Of a stretch of DNA of 30,781 bases, positions 24,834-30,781 are shown piece after piece (the first letter of the stretch is position 1; each line of letters opens with the position of its first letter). Both the position numbers and the translations under genes were made by a program. A model generated the notes under the pieces. It was not told the DNA's origin, ran no database searches, and worked only from the letters and a program-made list of their open reading frames with translations. Source of the stretch: Candidatus Thalassarchaeaceae archaeon (GTDB lineage Archaea; Thermoplasmatota; Poseidoniia; Poseidoniales; Thalassarchaeaceae); NCBI GenBank assembly GCA_963580235.1, contig CAUZJP010000001.1:1-30781 (forward strand), given 5' to 3'.

Positions 24834-26525
24834 TCAGGCGATTCTGATAAGTTGCCAGTCGGTCAGCTCTCTCAGCACCGAAACTGCTTTCGACTCGGGC
24901 AGTGAATCGAGACAGCGATGTGCAATTGCATGGTGATCCAACGCCCTATTCTTGGCATACGCAATGGAGCCTACCGCCTCAAGTTCGGCGAGAACTGAGT
25001 CGAGGGTGCCACGAGAGGTTGCATGGTCTCCACATCCGAAGACCTGGTGGAAGGTCGGTAGAAGTGTTTCGTCTTGGCTGTGGGCGTGAATGGCAATCAG
25101 AGTCTTCTTCCCCTCAATCACATCAGAGCAGGCGGGCTTCCCGAGCGTATCGGAGTCACCAGTGGCGTCAATCAAGTCATCCATCAACTGGAAGCAGAGG
25201 CCGACATTCTCCCCCCATTCAGCAAGGCACTCGATGGTCTCATCCGAAGCACCTGATAGGAGGGCTCCAGTCCGAGCTGTGGTCGTGAACATTGCAGCAG
25301 TTTTTCCGGAAATCATGGCCAGGTAATCCGATTCTGAGACAGACTTCTGATTTTCAAAGTCCATGTCCATCTGCTGGCCTTCCGAGACATTTCTCACCAT
25401 CTGGCCAATAATCAACACAAGTTGCCTGAAGTGTTCTGCCGAGATGTGGGGTGACTCACTCAGCACCTCGAATGATACGGCAAGCATCGCATCACCAGCG
25501 TTGATTGCTGTTGGATGGTCGAATTCGATGTGAACTGCCGGGCGCCCCCTCCTCACCTCATCGTTGTCCATGATGTCGTCATGCACCAAAGTGAAGTTGT
25601 GGATGATTTCGATTGCTGCTCCAAGGTCATAGAGCCCCTCATCTGCTTGACCAGTCGCCTCTGCAACCAACCGGGGTAGGATGGCACGGAGTCTCTTACC
25701 CCCACCATCAATGAGGTGCAGCATCGCGGCCTGAAGTCGCTCATGGCTAGTCTTGGAAAGAGCGGCGCGTATTCTCGGCTCGACTTCTATACGGTGGTTT
25801 TCCAACGCATTGAGTAGAAGACTGTCCTCTCGCACCGTGACATCCCCCACCGAGTGAATTTTACCATCCTGAAAACTGGACATGTCGTCTAAATTACCCC
25901 ACCAATCGTCTAGGAACAGTTCTTTGATATGCTGGAACCATGGGGCGATAATCTCTCCATTTGCAGGGGAACGGGATACCAAGTCTTCCAATTCATCCAT
26001 GGAAACCCACCTAAATTCATCGATTTCGTTTGGATTCGGAGTTACTTCAACATCGGCACGGATGAAGAGGATGTGATCCAATTCATGTTCAATCCAGTTT
26101 TCATCAGCCCTCGCCTTGTACAGCATTCGGCTAATGAATTGGAAATTCTCAACAGGGACCGATTCAGGATCGACTCCCAATTCCTGCTGCAATTTACGAA
26201 TCGCCGCTCTCTTCGCTCCCATTCCGTCCTCCGCCTCGTTCTCTCCTTTCATGTCGAGGGGGTGGCTGCAGCAGGAGTTGGCCCATACCGAGGGGAAGGT
26301 GATTTTGGAGGAGGCTCGCTTCTGGATGAGCAATCGGTCTTTGGAATCGAATAGCAGTAGACTGAAGGCACGGTGTAATTTTCCAGAACCCAGATGACAA
26401 TCGACCTTTGAGGCTGAGCCGATGGCATTGTCCTGTTCGTCAACAAGGATGCACATCTCATCCATCATGGACATCTGCTCAGCATCGTATGAATCGCCAA
26501 GTACTGAGCCGGCCTCTCCATCCAT
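24834..26525 (-). CDS. Fusion of type-1 (Nudix) isopentenyl-diphosphate isomerase and geranylgeranyl-diphosphate synthase
   Basis: N-terminal half: CILVDEQD, HRAFS, WANSCCSHP, EHELDHIL, PNPNEI, PWF. C-terminal half: GGKRLR, FTLVHDDIMDNDEVRRG (FARM), GQQMD, KTAA, FQLMDDLID (SARM), GKKT. One uninterrupted ORF, with GGTGAG SD before the ATG at 26525. Confidence 0.92.
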   Translation of the reverse strand: MDGEAGSVLGDSYDAEQMSMMDEMCILVDEQDNAIGSASKVDCHLGSGKLHRAFSLLLFDSKDRLLIQKRASSKITFPSVWANSCCSHPLDMKGENEAEDGMGAKRAAIRKLQQELGVDPESVPVENFQFISRMLYKARADENWIEHELDHILFIRADVEVTPNPNEIDEFRWVSMDELEDLVSRSPANGEIIAPWFQHIKELFLDDWWGNLDDMSSFQDGKIHSVGDVTVREDSLLLNALENHRIEVEPRIRAALSKTSHERLQAAMLHLIDGGGKRLRAILPRLVAEATGQADEGLYDLGAAIEIIHNFTLVHDDIMDNDEVRRGRPAVHIEFDHPTAINAGDAMLAVSFEVLSESPHISAEHFRQLVLIIGQMVRNVSEGQQMDMDFENQKSVSESDYLAMISGKTAAMFTTTARTGALLSGASDETIECLAEWGENVGLCFQLMDDLIDATGDSDTLGKPACSDVIEGKKTLIAIHAHSQDETLLPTFHQVFGCGDHATSRGTLDSVLAELEAVGSIAYAKNRALDHHAIAHRCLDSLPESKAVSVLRELTDWQLIRIA

Positions 26526-26584
26526 CACTCTCACCGCCCTGCCGACCCCATTTGAGCCTTTAGTCGAGTGGTCGGCACACACTT

Positions 26585-27406
26585 TCAGTGTGTGGTTGCA
26601 AGGATCCTCGTACCGATTGGCGACAAGCCTTGGACAGCGGCGACGAGCCGTCCTGGCTGCTCGCCATCAATCAACCAAACATTAGCCACCTCTTCTGCAA
26701 TTGACGCTGCACGGTTCAACTTCAGTTCAATACCGCCTGTCACATCTATCTCTGATTCGTGTTGGCCGTTCAATGAATCACCTTGACTCCATGTTCTAAC
26801 TAACTCTGAATCAGACTCATGTGGCGGTGAGGACATCAATCCGGGAGCACCACCCATGGCGAATAGAACATGGTCGGCATCTAACTCTAAGGCCACTCTA
26901 TAGACAATATCATCTCCACTCAGGATTCCGAAATCCAATTCTCCTCCCACATTTACAACATCTCCGAACGAGACTGCTACGCGCCCGTCACCATGCGAAA
27001 AAATTGAGATATCACCTGAGAAATTCGGTCCTGTCCCAGTTGCCCAATCTCGAGGTCTTACAGAAAATGTGTCGATTCCACTCGAGGTCAAACCATCGAC
27101 TACGATCGAATTCAAGAGGTCCATGTCGCTTCTAACCGATTGAACAGCCTCGTCCTGACTACTGAGCCCCAATGTGTCCTGAGGTGTCCAACCAGGTTTC
27201 ATTCGACCCTGGGCGAGAGACCATGCCTTTGCCTTCAAATGGCCATAACTGCCTGCACCATGTACTACTATGACACGGAATCCGAGGTCGATTATATCCG
27301 ATACCGCCTCACAAAGTCCAGAAATGACATCGGGTTTTGCAGTGCACAATATACCCTTGTCGGTGATTAACCCGCCGCCGAACTTGATGACCACCAACTC
27401 TGTCAT
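26585..27406 (-). CDS. ipk: Isopentenyl phosphate kinase (amino-acid-kinase fold)
   Basis: VIKFGGGLITDK, VHGAGSYGH (IPK His), SFGDVV, ILSGDDI and DVTGGIELK. Directly upstream of the IDI-GGPPS gene. Confidence 0.9.
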   Translation of the reverse strand: MTELVVIKFGGGLITDKGILCTAKPDVISGLCEAVSDIIDLGFRVIVVHGAGSYGHLKAKAWSLAQGRMKPGWTPQDTLGLSSQDEAVQSVRSDMDLLNSIVVDGLTSSGIDTFSVRPRDWATGTGPNFSGDISIFSHGDGRVAVSFGDVVNVGGELDFGILSGDDIVYRVALELDADHVLFAMGGAPGLMSSPPHESDSELVRTWSQGDSLNGQHESEIDVTGGIELKLNRAASIAEEVANVWLIDGEQPGRLVAAVQGLSPIGTRILATTH

Positions 27407-27433
27407 GTACTCTCGTGAGCGGCCGAGGCTGAT

Positions 27434-27826
27434 GTGGGTTGCGGGTGCCATGTCCGCCGGGTTGATGAGGGTTGGATGGGTGCGCCATCTGTGAGCGAAG
27501 GTCCATCACTAGAGGAATTCCGCCGTTGGCTCCAAGAGGAGTTAGTGATGGCTGACTCAATCAAGAGCAAGTCCCTGCGAGAGAACAGACGCTGGCAGCT
27601 GGAATCGGCACTACAAGAGGCGATGGCCTTCCATGCAAGTGTCAGCCTCCTTCAGGCAGCTGAATTACCACTCTTCGAAGAGGCTGCATCAGTGCGTCTT
27701 CTCGCCACGGAGGAGGAAGCGGCCAGTGTCAAATCTTCTGGAAGCGATGGGGATTATTGCGTAAAGTGTGATGAACCGATGGATTCTGAACTTGAATTCT
27801 GTCCAGTTTGTGGCCACTTCAAGTGA
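27434..27826 (+). CDS. Hypothetical protein with a C-terminal Zn ribbon
   Basis: Helical N-terminal part and C-terminal YCVKC-x10-FCPVCG. The start is uncertain (27434, 27473 or 27491). Confidence 0.6.
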   Translation: MGCGCHVRRVDEGWMGAPSVSEGPSLEEFRRWLQEELVMADSIKSKSLRENRRWQLESALQEAMAFHASVSLLQAAELPLFEEAASVRLLATEEEAASVKSSGSDGDYCVKCDEPMDSELEFCPVCGHFK

Positions 27827-27896
27827 GCAGTGTACTGCCCTCAATCAGAGAACTCGGATATTCAGTCCAAGCCGTGGTAAGCCGGGATAGAAACGG

Positions 27897-28583
27897 TCAC
27901 TCTTCTTCTTCGGCCCACTGTTTGAGCATCAAATCGTACTCAACATTGTTCTCTTCGATAAGAGCACAATATGTGCCTTCCACACTTTCAGTCAGATAGA
28001 CCGTGGTTCCAGCATGATAGACGATGTCTCCGTTGGCCTGCATCTGAATGGTGTCGATTTCCAGGATTACAGGGCGATGGTGGTGAACATGACCGGCATT
28101 GGCGGCGGTGGTGACGGTTTTGGAGAGGTGGACCCATTTTCTGGAACCCGGAGAGATGCCTGCTTCAAGGTGAACTTCCAACTCATCGGGCGCACACGGG
28201 TAGTAGAGCAACTCGGGGATGTTTTCGGTAGGGAGATCCAACTCTATTTCCACTGTGTGGGCGTAGGTGGCGCGAACACTTCCTCCACGAACTTCGTACC
28301 GGCCCTTCGGGTCTGTGTTGACAATCGCCTCGATGTGCCTGTCTCGGAGCCAATGCTTGCGACGGTCCTTCCTTGCAATGGCTGTCGATAACTCACGAAT
28401 GCTGACCCAGCCGTTGATGTCCATGTCCAAGTCGAATTTCTCGGGAAAATGGCGAAGAATTCCAGCCATCCGTCGAGCGATTTGGTCTCGCTCTCTATCG
28501 TTCATGACGAACTTTCCTTCGCTGTTACAAGCGGGGCAAAGTGGTCCTTCGAAGTGACCGTGGAGGTGACACTCTCTTATCAT
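27897..28583 (-). CDS. kptA: RNA 2'-phosphotransferase (Tpt1/KptA) with an N-terminal Zn knuckle
   Basis: RECHLHG..CPAC, ILRHFPEKF, MDINGWV, DPKGRYE, VRATYAH, RKWVHLS and VYLTESV. Confidence 0.9.
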   Translation of the reverse strand: MIRECHLHGHFEGPLCPACNSEGKFVMNDRERDQIARRMAGILRHFPEKFDLDMDINGWVSIRELSTAIARKDRRKHWLRDRHIEAIVNTDPKGRYEVRGGSVRATYAHTVEIELDLPTENIPELLYYPCAPDELEVHLEAGISPGSRKWVHLSKTVTTAANAGHVHHHRPVILEIDTIQMQANGDIVYHAGTTVYLTESVEGTYCALIEENNVEYDLMLKQWAEEEE

Positions 28584-28689
28584 CGGAGGCGGCGACCGAC
28601 GCACCGTTCATGAACCCCTCGGTCAACAGTTGCCGATTACCCTCCCGTCTTTCGTCAATGATTATGACAGCGCGCCATGTGGCAGGGCT

Positions 28690-29835
28690 ATGCGTGCCGT
28701 AATTGCAGGCTACACCCGATCACCTTTCCAACCTGCCAACAAGGGTACTTTGGTGGATGTCAGACCTGAGGACTTCGCATCTCAAGTTGCCCAGGAAACT
28801 CTCTCTCGAACTGGGGTTTCTGGAGAGAATGTCGAAGACCTGATGCTCGGCTGCGCCTATCCTGAGGGTGAACAAGGGCTCAACCTCGGGCGGATTCTCA
28901 CCTACATGACCGGACTCCCCACCACAGTGCCTGGAATGACCACCAACCGTCTCTGCGGTTCTTCGATGCAGGTGATTCACAGCGCTGCGGGTGCCTTGAA
29001 GATGGGTTCAGGAGATTGCTTTCTCTGTGGCGGTGTAGAGTCCATGTCTCGGGTTCAACGGGGTGGCTTCAATCGCTCCCCGCACCCCGCACTTGAAGTT
29101 AGACTTCCAGAAGCTTACATTGCGATGGGATTGACCGCTGAGAATTTGGCGGTAAGCCATTCCATCGATCGAGTTCGTCAGGAGGAGTTTGCGCTCCGCA
29201 GCCACCAGAAGGCTGTGCGGGCTGATTCTCATTCCCACTTTGCAGACGAGTTGGTCAGCATCACCACTCCTAATGGAGAGGTAAACTCTGACGGCTGCAT
29301 CAGGGCTACGTCTACGCTTGAGGCGATGGCCGGGTTGAAGCCTGCTTTTGATGCAGCAGGGTCTGTTACCGCTGCGACCTCTTCTCCGCTAACTGATGGC
29401 GCATCATTTCTGCTCGTCTGTTCGGAGGATTTTGCGGTGGAACAGGGAATCAAACCCCTGGCTTCCATCGTCAGCACCGCGGTAGCCGGGGTGCCTCCTG
29501 AAATAATGGGGATAGGTCCTGTGCCGGCGACTCAGAAAGCCCTTTCACGCGCAGGTATTGGCCTTGATGAGGTATCTGTCATCGAATTGAATGAGGCGTT
29601 TTCAGCACAATCAATTGCGGTTCTGTCAGATCTCGGAATCGATGACGATGACCCACGCGTCAATATTGATGGAGGTTCCCTAGCCATCGGTCATCCGCTC
29701 GGTGCGAGCGGCGCCAGAATCACAGGGAAAGCGGCGAGTCTGCTGGAGCGAGTCGGGGGCCAATACGCGCTTGCTACGATGTGTATTGGGGGCGGCATGG
29801 GTATCGCCACAATCCTTGAATCATGGCAGCCATAA
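28690..29835 (+). CDS. Acetyl-CoA C-acyltransferase (thiolase), bacterial FadA-like type
   Basis: NRLCGSSMQ (nucleophile Cys), GGVESMS, MGLTAENLA, NEAFSAQ, GHPLGASG and TMCIGGGMG. Confidence 0.93.
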   Translation: MRAVIAGYTRSPFQPANKGTLVDVRPEDFASQVAQETLSRTGVSGENVEDLMLGCAYPEGEQGLNLGRILTYMTGLPTTVPGMTTNRLCGSSMQVIHSAAGALKMGSGDCFLCGGVESMSRVQRGGFNRSPHPALEVRLPEAYIAMGLTAENLAVSHSIDRVRQEEFALRSHQKAVRADSHSHFADELVSITTPNGEVNSDGCIRATSTLEAMAGLKPAFDAAGSVTAATSSPLTDGASFLLVCSEDFAVEQGIKPLASIVSTAVAGVPPEIMGIGPVPATQKALSRAGIGLDEVSVIELNEAFSAQSIAVLSDLGIDDDDPRVNIDGGSLAIGHPLGASGARITGKAASLLERVGGQYALATMCIGGGMGIATILESWQP

Positions 29836-29886
29836 TCCATGGATTCGGCGGAACTCCTATTTGGGTCGGCTGTGGCCATCTACCCG

Positions 29887-30781
29887 ATGGCATTCAGAAA
29901 GCGCCCGTTCGTCGGGAGCAAAGGCGGCAGAGAAGCAAAGGACAACCTCTCTGTGAGTGACGAGGGTGACTGCGCCCGCTGCGGTGGCGATGCCGGCCCA
30001 TCATCCATGGATGGCTATTTTTCATGCGTCCGCTGTAACTACGAGTGGAGGGACCCAAATTTTTCAACCAAGAAGAGGGAGCGAAATTTCGAGAGTATTG
30101 AGAAGGATTCCCAGATGGTCGATAAGTTTCGATCTGAACTTGAGAGTGGAACCGGTATAACCAGGGTTTTGGGTATTGAACAACATCTAACCGAGGAACA
30201 GGAATCTAGCCTTGGAAGGCTACAGGACAAGTGGGTTGACGGGATGCACGGTCACTACAATGCTGCCGATGAGGAGCGTAAACCTCTCATAATCAACTTC
30301 GATGAAGAGGACAACATTATCGATACTGATGTTGGTAAATTGACCATCTTGAACAATGATTTCGACGGTGGGGAGGAGGTTCGGGTGGAATATCCTGGTC
30401 TCGGAACAGAATTCTATGGCTATGATTCTGGTGATGGAAGAGGTTGGCGGCGAGGCCGAAATGGAGACGAGACTGCTCGGAACATAGCGACCATCATCAA
30501 CAGAGAGAGCGAGTTAGTTCACGCTTACTCTGAAGGGAACACAGTCATTTTTGAACTTAGGGACTCCTCTCTAGACCCCAAGGCTTTGGTTCTCTTCGTA
30601 GATGACCCTGGTGACAGGGATTTAGTTGCTGAGAAAGATGGAGTCACTTTGGATGCGGCTGCAATGAGCATTGAATCAGACTATCAGGCGGCTGTTGAGC
30701 TAATGTTGAGTGACGGGATCATCACTCCTAGCGAAGACCAACTCCTCTGGGCTATGAGACAGCACCTCTCCATCAGCGAAG
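29887..30781 (+). CDS. 3'-truncated hypothetical acidic protein with an N-terminal Zn ribbon (not in the supplied ORF track)
   Basis: My translation gives an open frame from ATG 29887 (or 29839) to the window end: MAFRKRPF..CARCGG..YFSCVRCNYEW..DGIITPSEDQLLWAMRQHLSISE. Confidence 0.75.
   Translation, partial: MAFRKRPFVGSKGGREAKDNLSVSDEGDCARCGGDAGPSSMDGYFSCVRCNYEWRDPNFSTKKRERNFESIEKDSQMVDKFRSELESGTGITRVLGIEQHLTEEQESSLGRLQDKWVDGMHGHYNAADEERKPLIINFDEEDNIIDTDVGKLTILNNDFDGGEEVRVEYPGLGTEFYGYDSGDGRGWRRGRNGDETARNIATIINRESELVHAYSEGNTVIFELRDSSLDPKALVLFVDDPGDRDLVAEKDGVTLDAAAMSIESDYQAAVELMLSDGIITPSEDQLLWAMRQHLSISE

Noticed and set aside
1-30781. The many 60-200 aa ORFs in the track that lie antisense to, or in other frames of, the called genes (e.g. 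272-553, 2678-3082, 7862-8281, 14786-15352, 15579-16187, 21846-22271)
   Set aside because: Each is fully overlapped by a motif-supported gene and shows no recognisable motif; shadow ORFs like these are expected at this GC content.
1-30781. CRISPR arrays, IS elements, integrases, inteins, rRNA/tRNA genes, tandem repeats
   Set aside because: None seen. Intergenic gaps are all under ~170 nt, no regularly spaced repeats were noticed, and EF-2 and the other conserved proteins have normal lengths.

Overview
Archaeal chromosomal segment dense in housekeeping genes. The archaeal-type information genes, long Lhr and bacterial-type lipid genes point to a marine Thermoplasmatota, probably Marine Group II / Poseidoniales-like (inference, no phylogeny run). 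In order it holds: a 5'-truncated long Lhr helicase; archaeosortase divergent from a gmhA-like/gmhB-like/tiaS run; a RadB-like protein between two small membrane proteins; purB; dph6; the exosome/proteasome superoperon (psmA, SBDS, rrp4, rrp41, rrp42, rpl37ae, pcc1, pfdB, DHH); two convergent helical-repeat hypotheticals; a UbiD-family decarboxylase; a str operon (rps12, rps7, fusA) interrupted by a membrane fatty-acid desaturase; an IPK plus IDI1::GGPP-synthase fusion operon; a Zn-ribbon protein; kptA; a thiolase; and a 3'-truncated Zn-ribbon ORF missing from the ORF track. I found no tRNA, rRNA, CRISPR array or mobile element. The most interesting items are an ~11 kb lipid neighbourhood (desaturase inside the str operon, eukaryote-like IDI1 fused to GGPPS, IPK, UbiD, thiolase), a tandemly duplicated AlkZ/YcaQ-like tail on Lhr, heptose-pathway genes facing archaeosortase, and a repeated TATA-N9-GGTCG upstream motif. 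All functional calls come from motif recognition by eye; no database searches were run.
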